Of a stretch of 64,000 bases of DNA, positions 42,001 to 56,600 are shown one piece after another (positions within the stretch are counted from its first letter, which is position 1; each line of letters begins with the position of its first letter). Made by a program: the position numbers and the translations under genes. This DNA is from Tubulanus polymorphus (taxonomy: Eukaryota > Animalia > Nemertea): contig NC_134031.1 of the NCBI RefSeq assembly GCF_964204645.1, positions 21,360,017-21,424,016 of the forward strand, given 5' to 3'. The notes beneath the pieces are model-generated. The model worked only from the letters and a program-made list of their open reading frames with translations, searched no databases and was not told the origin of the DNA.

Positions 42001-45000
42001 CTGCTTTTGGTTCTGAAGATGATGGATTCAATCTGAAAAGATGTGTTAAGGCGTATTGAACTGATTTCAAATAGATAGGTGGAAAGATTAAGAATTTTCT
42101 GGCTATTTATGCTCCTGAAGATGATGGACTCGATCTGAAATGATAGGTTAAGGTAGACTGAACTGATTTCGAGTAGATGGACTGAAAGATACAGATTTTT
42201 CTTGCAAAATAGGGTCCTAAAGATGATGAATTCTATCTTAATTGATCGGTTAGGGTGTACTGAACTGATTTCAAATAGATAGGTTGAAAGAATCAGAATT
42301 TTCTGGCTGCTTTTGGTTCTGAAGATGATGGATTCAATCTGAAAAGATGTGTTAAGGCGTATTGAACTGATTTCAAATAGATAGGTGGAAAGATTAAGAA
42401 TTTTCTGGCTATTTATGCTCCTGAAGATGATGGACTCGATCTGAAATGATAGGTTAAGGTAGACTGAACTGATTTCGAGTAGATGGACTGAAAGATACAG
42501 ATTTTTCTTGCAAAATAGGGTCCTAAAGATGATGAATTCTATCTTAATTGATGGGTTAGGGTGTACTGAACTGATTTCAAATAGATAGGTTGAAAGAATC
42601 AGAATTTTCTGGCTGCTTTTGGTTCTGAAGATGATGGATTCAATCTGAAAAGATGTGTTAAGGCGTATTGAACTGATTTCAAATAGATAGGTGGAAAGAT
42701 TAAGAATTTTCTGGCTATTTATGCTCCTGAAGATGATGGACTCGATCTGAAATGATAGGTTAAGGTAGACTGAACTGATTTCGAGTAGATGGACTGAAAG
42801 ATACAGATTTTTCTTGCAAAATAGGGTCCTAAAGATGATGAGTTCTATCTTAATTGATGGGTTAGGGTGTACTGAACTGATTTCAAATAGATAGGTTGAA
42901 AGAATCAGAATTTTCTGGCTGCTTTTGGTTCTGAAGATGATGGATTCAATCTGAAAAGATGGGTTAAGGCGTATTGAACTGATGTCAAATAGATAGGTGG
43001 AAAGATTAAGAATTTTCTGGCTATTTATGCTCCTGAAGATGATGGACTCGATCTGAAATGATAGGTTAAGGTAGACTGAACTGATTTCGAGTAGATGGAC
43101 TGAAAGATACAGATTTTTCTTGCAAAATAGGGTCCTAAAGATGATGAATTCTATCTTAATTGATGGGTTAGGGTGAACTGAACTGATTTCAGATAGATGG
43201 GTGGAAAGAATCAGAATTTTCTGGCTGCCTTTGGTTCTGAAGATGATGGACTCAATCTGAAAAGATGGGCTGAGGCGTATTGAACTGATTTCAAATAGAT
43301 AGGTGGAAAGATTAAGAATTTTCTGGCTATTTATGCTCCTGAAGATGATGGACTCGATCTGAAATGATAGGTTAAGGTAAACTGAACTGATTTCGAGTAG
43401 ATGGACTGAAAGATACAGATTTTTCTTGCAAAATAGGGTCCTAAAGATGATGAATTCTATCTTAATTGATGGGTTAGGTTGTACTGAACTGATTTCAAAT
43501 AGATAGATTAAAATAATCAGAATTTTCTAACTGCTTTTGGTTCTGAAGATGATGGATTCAATCTGAAAAGATGTGTTAAGGCGTATTGAACTGATTTAAA
43601 ATAGATAGGTGGAAAGATTAAGAATTTTCTGGCTATTTATGCTCCTGAAGATGATGGACTCGATCTGAAATGATAGGTTAAGGTAGACTGAACTGATTTC
43701 GAGTAGATGGACTGAAAGATACAGATTTTTCTTGCAAAATAGGGTCCTAAAGATGATGAGTTCTATCTTAATTAATGGGTTAGGGTGAACTGAACTGATT
43801 TCAAATAGATAGGTGGAAAGATTAAGAATTTTCTGGCTGCCTTTGGTTCTGAAGATGATGGACTCAATCTGAAAAGATGGGCCAAGGCGTATTGAACTGA
43901 TTTCAAATAGATAGGTGGAAAGATTAAGAATTTTCTGGCTATTTATGCTCCTGAAGATGATGGACTCGATCTGAAATGATAGGTTAAGGTAAACTGAACT
44001 GATTTCGAGTAGATGGACTGAAAGATACAGATTTTTCTTGCAAAATAGGGTCCTAAAGATGATGAATTCTATCTTAATTGATGGGTTAGGGTGTACTGAA
44101 CTGATTTCAAATAGATAGGTTGAAAGATTAAGAACTTTCTGGCTGCTTTTGGTTCTGAAGATGATGGATTCAATCTGAAAAGATGGGTTAAGGCGTATTG
44201 AACTGATTTCAAATGGATAGGTGGAAAGATTAAGAATTTTCTGGCTATTTATGCTCCTGAAGATGATGGACTCGATCTGAAATGATAGGTTAAGGTAAAC
44301 TGAACTGATTTCGAGTAGATGGACTGAAAGATACAGATTTTTCTTGCAAAATAGGGTCCTAAAGATGATGAATTCTATCTTAATTGATGGGTTAGGGTGA
44401 ACTGAACTGATTTCAGATAGATGGGTGGAAAGAATCAGAATTTTCTGGCTGCCTTTGGTTCTGAAGATGATGGACTCAATCTGAAAAGATGGGCTGAGGC
44501 GTATTGAACTGATTTCAAATAGATAGGTGGAAAGATTAAGAATTTTCTGGCTATTTATGCTCCTGAAGATGATGGACTCGATCTGAAATGATAGGTTAAG
44601 GTAAACTGAACTGATTTCGAGTAGATGGACTGAAAGATACAGATTTTTCTTGCAAAATAGGGTCCTAAAGATGATGAATTCTATCTTAATTGATGGGTTA
44701 GGTTGTACTGAACTGATTTCAAATAGATAGATTAAAATAATCAGAATTTTCTAACTGCTTTTGGTTCTGAAGATGATGGATTCAATCTGAAAAGATGTGT
44801 TAAGGCGTATTGAACTGATTTAAAATAGATAGGTGGAAAGATTAAGAATTTTCTGGCTATTTATGCTCCTGAAGATGATGGACTCGATCTGAAATGATAG
44901 GTTAAGGTAGACTGAACTGATTTCGAGTAGATGGACTGAAAGATACAGATTTTTCTTGCAAAATAGGGTCCTAAAGATGATGAGTTCTATCTTAATTAAT

Positions 45001-48000
45001 GGGTTAGGGTGAACTGAACTGATTTCAAATAGATAGGTGGAAAGATTAAGAATTTTCTGGCTGCCTTTGGTTCTGAAGATGATGGACTCAATCTGAAAAG
45101 ATGGGCTAAGGCGTATTGAACTGATTTCAAATAGATAGGTGGAAAGATTAAGAATTTTCTGGCTATTTATGCTCCTGAAGATGATGGACTCGATCTGAAA
45201 TGATAGGTTAAGGTAAACTGAACTGATTTCGAGTAGATGGACTGAAAGATACAGATTTTTCTTGCAAAATAGGGTCCTAAAGATGATGAATTCTATCTTA
45301 ATTGATGGGTTAGGGTGTACTGAACTGATTTCAAATAGATAGGTTGAAAGATTAAGAATTTTCTGGCTGCTTTTGGTTCTGAAGATGATGGATTCAATCT
45401 GAAAAGATGTGTTAAGGCGTATTGAACTGATTTCAAATAGATAGGTGGAAAGATTAAGAATTTTCTGGCTATTTATGCTCCTGAAGATGATGGACTCGAT
45501 CTGAAATGATAGGTTAAGGTAGACTGAACTGATTTCGAGTAGATGGACTGAAAGATACAGATTTTTCTTGCAAAATAGGGTCCTAAAGATGATGAATTCT
45601 ATCTTAATTGATCGGTTAGGGTGTACTGAACTGATTTCAAATAGATAGGTTGAAAGAATCAGAATTTTCTGGCTGCTTTTGGTTCTGAAGATGATGGATT
45701 CAATCTGAAAAGATGTGTTAAGGCGTATTGAACTGATTTCAAATAGATAGGTGGAAAGATTAAGAATTTTCTGGCTATTTATGCTCCTGAAGATGATGGA
45801 CTCGATCTGAAATGATAGGTTAAGGTAGACTGAACTGATTTCGAGTAGATGGACTGAAAGATACAGATTTTTCTTGCAAAATAGGGTCCTAAAGATGATG
45901 AATTCTATCTTAATTGATGGGTTAGGGTGTACTGAACTGATTTCAAATAGATAGGTTGAAAGAATCAGAATTTTCTGGCTGCTTTTGGTTCTGAAGATGA
46001 TGGATTCAATCTGAAAAGATGTGTTAAGGCGTATTGAACTGATTTCAAATAGATAGGTGGAAAGATTAAGAAATTTTCTGGCTATTTATGCTCCTGAAGA
46101 TGATGGACTCGATCTGAAATGATAGGTTAAGGTAGACTGAACTGATTTCGAGTAGATGGACTGAAAGATACAGATTTTTCTTGCAAAATAGGGTCCTAAA
46201 GATGATGAATTCTATCTTAATTGATGAGTTAGGGTGTACTGAACTGATTTCAAATAGATAGGTTGAAAGAATCAGAATTTTCTGGCTGCTTTTGGTTCTG
46301 AAGATGATGGATTCAATCTGAAAAGATGTGTTAAGGCGTATTGAACTGATTTCAAATAGATAGGTGGAAAGATTAAGAATTTTGTGGCTATTTATGCTCC
46401 TGAAGATGATGGACTCGATCTGAAATGATAGGCTAAGGTAGACTGAACTGATTTCGAGTAGATGGACTGAAAGATACAGATTTTTCTTGCAAAATAGGGT
46501 CCTAAAGATGATGAGTTCTATCTTAATTGATGGGTTAGGGTGAACTGAACTGATTTCAAATAGATAGGTGGAAAGAATCAGAATTTTCTGGCTGCCTTTG
46601 GTTCTGAAGATGATGGACTCAATCTGAAAAGATGGGCTAAGGCGTATTGAACTGATTTCAAATACATAGGTGGAAAGATTAAGAATTTTCTGGCTATTTA
46701 TGCTCCTGAAGATGATGGACTCGATCTGAAATGATAGGTTAAGGTAAACTGAACTGATTTCGAGTAGATGGACTGAAAGATACAGATTTTTCTTGCAAAA
46801 TAGGGTCCTAAAGATGATGAATACTATCTTAATTGATGGGTTAGGGTGTACTGAACTGATTTCAAATAGATAGGTTGAAAGAATCAGAATTTTCTGGCTG
46901 CTTTTGGTTCTGAAGATGATGGATTCAATCTGAAAAGATGTGTTAAGGCGTATTGAACTGATTTCAAATAGATAGGTGGAAAGATTAAGAATTTTCTGGC
47001 TATTTATGCTCCTGAAGATGATGGACTCGATCTGAAATGATAGGTTAAGGTAAACTGAACTGATTTCGAGTAGATGGACTGAAAGATACAGATTTTTCTT
47101 GCAAAAAAGGGTCCTAAAGATGATGAGTTCTATCTTAATTGATGGGTGTACTGAACTGATTTCAAATAGATAGGTTGAAAGAATCAGAATTTTCTGGCTG
47201 CTTTTGGTTCTGAAGATGATGGATTCATTCTGAAAAGATGTGTTAAGGCGTATTGAACTGATTTCAAATAGATAGGTGGAAAGATTAAGAATTTTCTGGC
47301 TATTTATGCTCCTGAAGATGATGGACTCGATCTGAAATGATAGGTTAAGGTAGACTGAACTGATTTCGAGTAGATGGACTGAAAGATACAGATTTTTCTT
47401 GCAAAATAGGGTCCTAAAGATGATGAGTTCTATCTTAATTGATGGGTTAGGGTGTACTGAACTGATTTCAAATAGATAGGTTGAATGAATCAGAATTTTC
47501 TGGCTGCTTTTGGTTCTGAAGATGATGGATTCAATCTGAAAAGATGGGTTAAGGCGTATTGAACTGATGTCAAATAGATAGGTGGAAAGATTAAGAATTT
47601 TCTGGCTACTTATGCTCCTGAAGATGATGGACTCGATCTGAAATGATAGGTTAAGGTAGACTGAACTGATTTCGAGTAGATGGACTGAAAGATACAGATT
47701 TTTCTTGCAAAATAGGGTCCTAAAGATGATGAATTCTATCTTAATTGATGGGTTAGGGTGTACTGAACTGATTTCAAATAGATAGGTTGAAAGATTAAGA
47801 ACTTTCTGGCTGCTTTTGGTTCTGAAGATGATGGATTCAATCTGAAAAGATGGGTTAAGGCGTATTGAACTGATTTCAAATGGATAGGTGGAAAGATTTA
47901 GAATTTTCTGGCTATTTATGCTCCTGAAGATGATGGACTCGATCTGAAATGATAGGTTAAGGTAAACTGAACTGATTTCGAGTAGATGGACTGAAAGATA

Positions 48001-48450
48001 CAGATTTTTCTTGCAAAATAGGGTCCTAAAGATGATGAATTCTATCTTAATTGATGGGTTAGGGTGAACTGAACTGATTTCAAATAGATAGGTGGAAAGA
48101 ATCAGAATTTTCTGGCTCCCTTTGGTTCTGAAGATGATGGACTCAATCTGAAAAGATGGGCTAAGGCGTATTGAACTGATTTCAAATAGATAGGTGGAAA
48201 GATTAAGAATTTTCTGGCTATTTATGCTCCTGAAGATGATGGACTCGATCTGAAATGATAGGTTAAGGTAAACTGAACTGATTTCGAGTAGATGGACTGA
48301 AAGATACAGATTTTTCTTGCAAAATAGGGTCCTAAAGATGATGAATTCTATCTTAATTGATGGGTTAGGGTGTACTGAACTGATTTCAAATAGATAGGTT
48401 GAAAGAATCAGAATTTTCTGGCTGCTTTTGGTTCTGAAGATGATGGATTC
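33100..48450. repeat. Nested duplications (offsets 1224, 3366, 6317 and 9990 bp)
   Basis: Marker TAGATTAAAATAATCAGAATTTTCTAACT at 33821, 35045, 40138, 41362, 43504 and 44728. GATGAGTTAGGG at 36233/46223. 6-bp deletion at ~37157/47147. Confidence 0.85.
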
Positions 48451-50699
48451 AATCTGAAAAGATGTGTTAAGGCGTATTGAACTTATTTCAAATAGATAGG
48501 TGGAAAGATTAAGAATTTTCTGGCTATTTATGCTCCTGAAGATGATGGACTCGATCTGAAATGATAGGTTAAGGTAAACTGAACTGATTTCGAGTAGATG
48601 GACTGAAAGATACAGATTTTTCTTGCAAAAAAGGGTCCTAAAGATGATGAGTTCTATCTTAATTGATGGGTTAGGGTGTACTGAACTGATTTCAAATAGA
48701 TAGGTTGAAAGAATCAGAATTTTCTGGCTGCTTTTGGTTCTGAAGATGATGGATTCATTCTGAAAAGATGTGTTAAGGCGTATTGAACTGATTTCAAATA
48801 GATAGGTGGAAAGATTAAGAATTTTCTGGCTATTTATGCTCCTGAAGATGATGGACTCGATCTGAAATGATAGGTTAAGGTAGACTGAACTGATTTCGAG
48901 TAGATGGACTGAAAGATACAGATTTTTCTTGCAAAATAGGGTCCTAAAGATGATAAGTTCTATCTTAATTGATGGGTTAGGGTGTACTGAACTGATTTCA
49001 AATAGATAGGTTGAATGAATCAGAATTTTCTGGCTGCTTTTGGTTCTGAAGATGATGGATTCAATCTGAAAAGATGGGTTAAGGCGTATTGAACTGATGT
49101 CAAATAGATAGGTGGAAAGATTAAGAATTTTCTGGCTACTTATGCTCCTGAAGATGATGGACTCGATCTGAAATGATAGGTTAAGGTAGACTGAACTGAT
49201 TTCGAGTAGATGGACTGAAAGATACAGATTTTTCTTGCAAAATAGGGTCCTAAAGATGATGAATTCTATCTTAATTGATGGGTTAGGGTGTACTGAACTG
49301 ATTTCAAATAGATAGGTTGAAAGATTAAGAACTTTCTGGCTGCTTTTGGTTCTGAAGATGATGGATTCAATCTGAAAAGATGGGTTAAGGCGTATTGAAC
49401 TGATTTCAAATGGATAGGTGGAAAGATTTAGAATTTTCTGGCTATTTATGCTCCTGAAGATGATGGACTCGATCTGAAATGATAGGTTAAGGTAAACTGA
49501 ACTGATTTCGAGTAGATGGACTGAAAGATACAGATTTTTCTTGCAAAATAGGGTCCTAAAAATGATGAATTCTATCTTAATTGATGGGTTAGGGTGAACT
49601 GAACTGATTTCAAATAGATAGGTGGAAAGAATCAGAATTTTCTGGCTCCCTTTGGTTCTGAAGATGATGGACTCAATCTGAAAAGATGGGCTAAGGCGTA
49701 TTGAACTGATTTCAAATAGATAGGTGGAAAGATTAAGAATTTTCTGGCTATTTATGCTCCTGAAGATGATGGACTCGATCTGAAATGATAGGTTAAGGTA
49801 AACTGAACTGATTTCGAGTAGATGGACTGAAAGATACAGATTTTTCTTGCAAAATAGGGTCCTAAAGATGATGAATTCTATCTTAATTGATGGGTTAGGG
49901 TGTACTGAACTGATTTCAAATAGATAGGTGGAAAGAATCAGAATTTTCTGGCTGCCTTTGGTTCTGAAGATGATGGACTCAATCTGAAAAGATGGGCTAA
50001 GGCGTATTGAACTGATTTCAAATAGATAGGTGGAAAGATTAAGAATTTTCGGGCTATTTATGCTCCTGAAGATGATGGACTCGATCTGAAATGATAGGTT
50101 AAGGTAAACTGAACTGATTTCGAATAGATGGACTGAAAGATACAGATTTTTCTTGCAAAATAGGGTCCTAAAGATGATGAATTCTATCTTAATTGATGGG
50201 TTAGGGTGTACTGAACTGATTTCAAATAGATAGGTTGAAAGAATCAGAATTTTCTGGCTGCTTTTGGTTCTGAAGATGATGGATTCAATCTGAAAAGATG
50301 GGTTAAGGCGTATTGAACTGATTTCAAATGGATAGGTGGAAAGATTAAGAATTTTCTGGCTATTTATGCTCCTGAAGATGATGGACTCGATCTGAAATGA
50401 TAGGTTAAGGTAAACTGAACTGATTTCGAGTAGATGGACTGAAAGATACAGATTTTTCTTGCAAAATAGGGTCCTAAAGATGATGAATTCTATCTTAATT
50501 GATGGGTTAGGGTGAACTGAACTGATTTCAAATAGATAGGTGGAAAGAATCAGAATTTTCTGGCTGCCTTTGGTTCTGAAGATGATGCACTCAATCTGAA
50601 AAGATAGGCTAAGGCGTATTGAACTGATTTCAAATACATAGGTGGAAAGATTAAGAATTTTCTGGCTATTTATGCTCCTGAAGATGATGGACTCGATCT

Positions 50700-53600
50700 G
50701 AAATGATAGGTTAAGGTAAACTGAACTGATTTCGAGTAGATGGACTGAAAGATACAGATTTTTCTTGCAAAATAGGGTCCTAAAGATGATGAATTCTATC
50801 TTAATTGATGGGTTAGGGTGAACTGAACTGATTTCAAATAGATGGGTGGAAAGAATCAGAATTTTCTGGCTGCCTTTGGTTCTGAAGATGATGGACTCAA
50901 TCTGAAAAGATAGGCTAAGGCGTATTGAACTGATTTAAAATAGATAGGTGGAACGATTAAGAATTTTCTGGCTATTTATGCTCCTGAAGATGATGGACTC
51001 GATCTGAAATGATAGGTTAAGGTAGACTGAACTGATTTCGAGTAGATGGACTGAAAGATACAGATTTTTCTTGCAAAATAGGGTCCTAAAGATGATGAGT
51101 TCTATCTTAATTGATGGGTTAGGGTGTACTGAACTGATTTCAAATAGATAGGTTGAAAGAATCAGAATTTTCTGGCTGCTTTTGGTTCTGAAGATGATGG
51201 ATTCAATCTGAAAAGATGGGTTAAGGCGTATTGAACTGATGTCAAATAGATAGGTGGAAAGATTAAGAATTTTCTGGCTATTTATGCTCCTGAAGATGAT
51301 GGACTCGATCTGAAATGATAGGATAAGGTAGACTGAACTGATTTCGAGTAGATGGACTGAAAGATACAGATTTTTCTTGCAAAATAGGGTCCTAAAGATG
51401 ATGAATTCTATCTTAATTGATGGGTTAGGGTGTACTAAACTGATTTCAAATAGATAGGTTGAAAGATTAAGAACTTTCTGGCTGCTTTTGGTTCTGAAGA
51501 TGATTGATTCAATCTGAAAAGATGGGTTAAGGCGTATTGAACTGATTTCAAATGGATAGGTGGAAAGATTAAGAATTTTCTGGCTATTTATGCTCCTGAA
51601 GATGATGGACTCGATCTGAAATGATAGGTTAAGGTAAACTGAACTCATTTCGAGTAGATGGACTGAAAGATACAGATTTTTCTTGCAAAATAGGGTCCTA
51701 AAGATGATGAATTCTATCTTAATTGATGGGTTAGGGTGTACTGAACTGATTTCAAATAGATAGGTTGAAAGATTAAGAATTTTCTGGCTGCTTTTGGTTC
51801 TGAAGATGATGGATTCAATCTGAAAAGATGTGTTAAGGCGTATTGAACTGATTTCAAATAGATAGGTGAAAAGATTAAGAATTTTCTGGCTATTTATGCT
51901 CCTGAAGATGATGGACTCGATCTGAAATGATAGGTTAAGGTAAACTGAACTGATTTCGAGCAGATGGACTGAAAGATACAGATTTTTCTTGCAAAATAGG
52001 GTCCTAAAGATGATGAGTTCTATCTAAATTGATGGGTTAGGGTGTACTGAACTGATTTCAAATAGATAGGTTGAATGAATCAGAATTTTCTGGCTGCTTT
52101 TGGTTCTGAAGATGATGGATTCATTCTGAAAAGATGTGTTAAGGCGTATTGAACTGATTTCAAATAGATAGGTGGAAAGATTAAGAATTTCCTGGCTATT
52201 TATGCTCCTGAAGATGATGGACTCGATCTGAAATGATAGGTTAAGGTAGACTGAACTGATTTCGAGTAGATGGACTGAAAGATACAGATTTTTCTTGCAA
52301 AATAGGGTCCTAAAGATGATGAGTTCTATCTTAATTGATGGGTTAGGGTGTACTGAACTGATTTCAAATAGATAGGTTGAATGAATCAGAATTTTCTGGC
52401 TGCTTTTGGTTCTGAAGATGATGGATTCAATCTGAAAAGATGGGTTAAGGCGTATTGAACTGATGTCAAATAGATAGGTGGAAAGATTAAGAATTTTCTG
52501 GCTACTTATGCTCCTGAAGATGATGGACTCGATCTGAAATGATAGGTTAAGGTAGACTGAACTGATTTCGAGTAGATGGACTGAAAGATACAGATTTTTC
52601 TTGCAAAATAGGGTCCTAAAGATGATGAGTTCTATCTTAATTGATGGGTTAGGGTGTACTGAACTGATTTCAAATAGATAGGTTGAAAGATTAAGAACTT
52701 TCTGGCTGCTTTTGGTTCTGAAGATGATGGATTCAATCTGAAAAGATGGGTGAAGGCGTATTGAACTGATTTCAAATGGATAGGTGGAAAGATTTAGAAT
52801 TTTCTGGCTATTTATGCTCCTGAAGATGATGGACTCGATCTGAAATGATAGGTTAAGGTAAACTGAACTGATTTCGAGTAGATGGACTGAAAGATACAGA
52901 TTTTTCTTGCAAAATAGGGTCCTAAAGATGATGAATTCTATCTTAATTGATGGGTTAGGGTGAACTGAACTGATTTCAAATAGATAGGTGGAAAGAATCA
53001 GAATTTTCTGGCTCCCTTTGGTTCTGAAGATGATGGACTCAATCTGAAAAGATGGGCTAAGGCGTATTGAACTGATTTCAAATAGATAGGTGGAAAGATT
53101 AAGAATTTTCTGGCTATTTATGCTCCTGAAGATGATGGACTCGATCTGAAATGATAGGTTAAGGTAAACTGAACTGATTTCGAGTAGATGGACTGAAAGA
53201 TACAGATTTTTCTTGCAAAATAGGGTCCTAAAGATGATGAATTCTATCTTAATTGATGGGTTAGGGTGAACTGAACTGATTTCAAATAGATAGGTGGAAA
53301 GAATCAGAATTTTCTGGCTCCCTTTGGTTCTGAAGATGATGGACTCAATCTGAAAAGATGGGCTAAGGCGTATTGAACTGATTTCAAATAGATAGGTGGA
53401 AAGATTAAGAATTTTCTGGCTATTTATGCTCCTGAAGATGATGGACTCGATCTGAAATGATAGGTTAAGGTAGACTGAACTGATTTCGAGTAGATGGACT
53501 GAAAGATACAGATTTTTCTTGCAAAATAGGGTCCTAAAGATGATGAATTCTATCTTAATTGATGGGTTAGGGTGTACTGAACTGATTTCAAATAGATAGG

Positions 53601-56600
53601 TGGAAAGAATCAGAATTTTCTGGCTGCCTTTGGTTCTGAAGATGATGGACTCAATCTGAAAAGATGGGCTAAGGCGTATTGAACTGATTTCAAATAGATA
53701 GGTGGAAAGATTAAGAATTTTCTGGCTATTTATGCTCCTGAAGATGATGGACTCGATCTGAAATGATAGGTTAAGGTAGACTGAACTGATTTCGAGTAGA
53801 TGGACCGAAAGATACAGATTTTTCTTGCAAAAAAGGGTCCTAAAGATGATGAGTTCTATCTTAATTGATGGGTTAGGGTGTACTGAACTGATTTCAAATA
53901 GATAGGTGGAAAGATTAAGAATTTTCGGGCTATTTATGCTCCTGAAGATGATGGACTCGATCTGAAATGATAGGTTAAGGTAAACTGAACTGATTTCGAG
54001 TAGATGGACTGAAAGATACAGATTTTTCTTGCAAAATAGGGTCCTAAAGATGATGAATTCTATCTTAATTGATGGGTTAGGGTGTACTGAACTGATTTCA
54101 AATAGATAGGTTGAAAGAATCAGAATTTTCTTGCTGCTTTTGGTTCTGAAGATGATGGATTCAATCTGAAAAGATGTGTTAAGGCGTATTGAAACTGATT
54201 TCAAATAGATAGGTGGAAAGATTAAGAATTTTCTGGCTATTTATGCTCCTGAAGATGATGGACTCCATCTGAAATGATAGGTTAAGGTAAACTGAACTGA
54301 TTTCGAGCAGATGGACTGAAAGATACAGATTTTTCTTGCAAAATAGGGTCCTAAAGATGATGAGTTCTATCTTAATTGATGGGTTAGGGTGTACTGAACT
54401 GATTTCAAATAGATAGGTGGAAAGAATCAGAATTTTCTGGCTGCTTTTGGTTCTGAAGATGATGGATTCAATCTGAAAAGATGTGTTAAGGCGTATTGAA
54501 CTGATTTCAAATAGATAGGTGGAAAGATTAAGAATTTTCTGGCTATTTATGCTCCTGAAGATGATGGACTCGATCTGAAATGATAGGTTAAGGTAAACTG
54601 AACTGATTTCGAGTAGATGGACTGAAAGATACAGATTTTTCTTGCAAAATAGGGTCCTAAAGATGATGAATTCTATCTTAATTGATGGGTTAGGGTGAAC
54701 TGAACTGATTTCAAATAGATGGGTGGAAAGAATCAGAATTTTCTGGCTGCCTTTGGTTCTGAAGATGATGGACTCAATCTGAAAAGATAGGCTAAGGCGT
54801 ATTGAACTGATTTAAAATAGATAGGTGGAACGATTAAGAATTTTCTGGCTATTTATGCTCCTGAAGATGATGGACTCGATCTGAAATGATAGGTTAAGGT
54901 AGACTGAACTGATTTCGAGTAGATGGACTGAAAGATACAGATTTTTCTTGCAAAATAGGGTCCTAAAGATGATGAGTTCTATCTTAATTGATGGGTTAGG
55001 GTGTACTGAACTGATTTCAAATAGATAGGTTGAAAGAATCAGAATTTTCTGGCTGCTTTTGGTTCTGAAGATGATGGATTCAATCTGAAAAGATGGGTTA
55101 AGGCGTATTGAACTGATGTCAAATAGATAGGTGGAAAGATTAAGAATTTTCTGGCTATTTATGCTCCTGAAGATGATGGACTCGATCTGAAATGATAGGT
55201 TAAGGTAGACTGAACTGATTTCGAGTAGATGGACCGAAAGATACAGATTTTTCTTGCAAAAAAGGGTCCTAAAGATGATGAGTTCTATCTTAATTGATGG
55301 GTTAGGGTGTACTGAACTGATTTCAAATAGATAGGTGGAAAGATTAAGAATTTTCGGGCTATTTATGCTCCTGAAGATGATGGACTCGATCTGAAATGAT
55401 AGGTTAAGGTAAACTGAACTGATTTCGAATAGATGGACTGAAAGATACAGATTTTTCTTGCAAAATAGGGTCCTAAAGATGATGAATTCTATCTTAATTG
55501 ATGGGTTAGGGTGTACTGAACTGATTTCAAATAGATAGGTTGAAAGAATCAGAATTTTCTGGCTGCTTTTGGTTCTGAAGATGATGGATTCAATCTGAAA
55601 AGATGGGTTAAGGCGTATTGAACTGATTTCAAATGGATAGGTGGAAAGATTAAGAATTTTCTGGCTATTTATGCTCCTGAAGATGATGGACTCGATCTGA
55701 AATGATAGGTTAAGGTAAACTGAACTGATTTCGAGTAGATGGACTGAAAGATACAGATTTTTCTTGCAAAATAGGGTCCTAAAGATGATGAATTCTATCT
55801 TAATTGATGGGTTAGGGTGAACTGAACTGATTTCAAATAGATAGGTGGAAAGAATCAGAATTTTCTGGCTGCCTTTGGTTCTGAAGATGATGGACTCAAT
55901 CTGAAAAGATAGGCTAAGGCGTATTGAACTGATTTCAAATACATAGGTGGAAAGATTAAGAATTTTCTGGCTATTTATGCTCCTGAAGATGATGGACTCG
56001 ATCTGAAATGATAGGTTAAGGTAAACTGAACTGATTTCGAGTAGATGGACTGAAAGATACAGATTTTTCTTGCAAAATAGGGTCCTAAAGATGATGAATT
56101 CTATCTTAATTGATGGGTTAGGGTGTACTGAACTGATTTCAAATAGATAGGTTGAAAGAATCAGAATTTTCTTGCTGCTTTTGGTTCTGAAGATGATGGA
56201 TTCAATCTGAAAAGATGTGTTAAGGCGTATTGAAACTGATTTCAAATAGATAGGTGGAAAGATTAAGAATTTTCTGGCTATTTATGCTCCTGAAGATGAT
56301 GGACTCGATCTGAAATGATAGGTTAAGGTAAACTGAACTGATTTCGAGCAGATGGACTGAAAGATACAGATTTTTCTTGCAAAATAGGGTCCTAAAGATG
56401 ATGAGTTCTATCTTAATTGATGCGTTAGGGTGTACTGAACTGATTTCAAATAGATAGGTTGAAAGAATCAGAATTTTCTGGCTGCTTTTGGTTCTGAAGA
56501 TGATGGATTCAATCTGAAAAGATGGGTTAAGGCGTATTGAACTGATGTCAAATAGATAGGTGGAAAGATTAAGAATTTTCTGGCTATTTATGCTCCTGAA

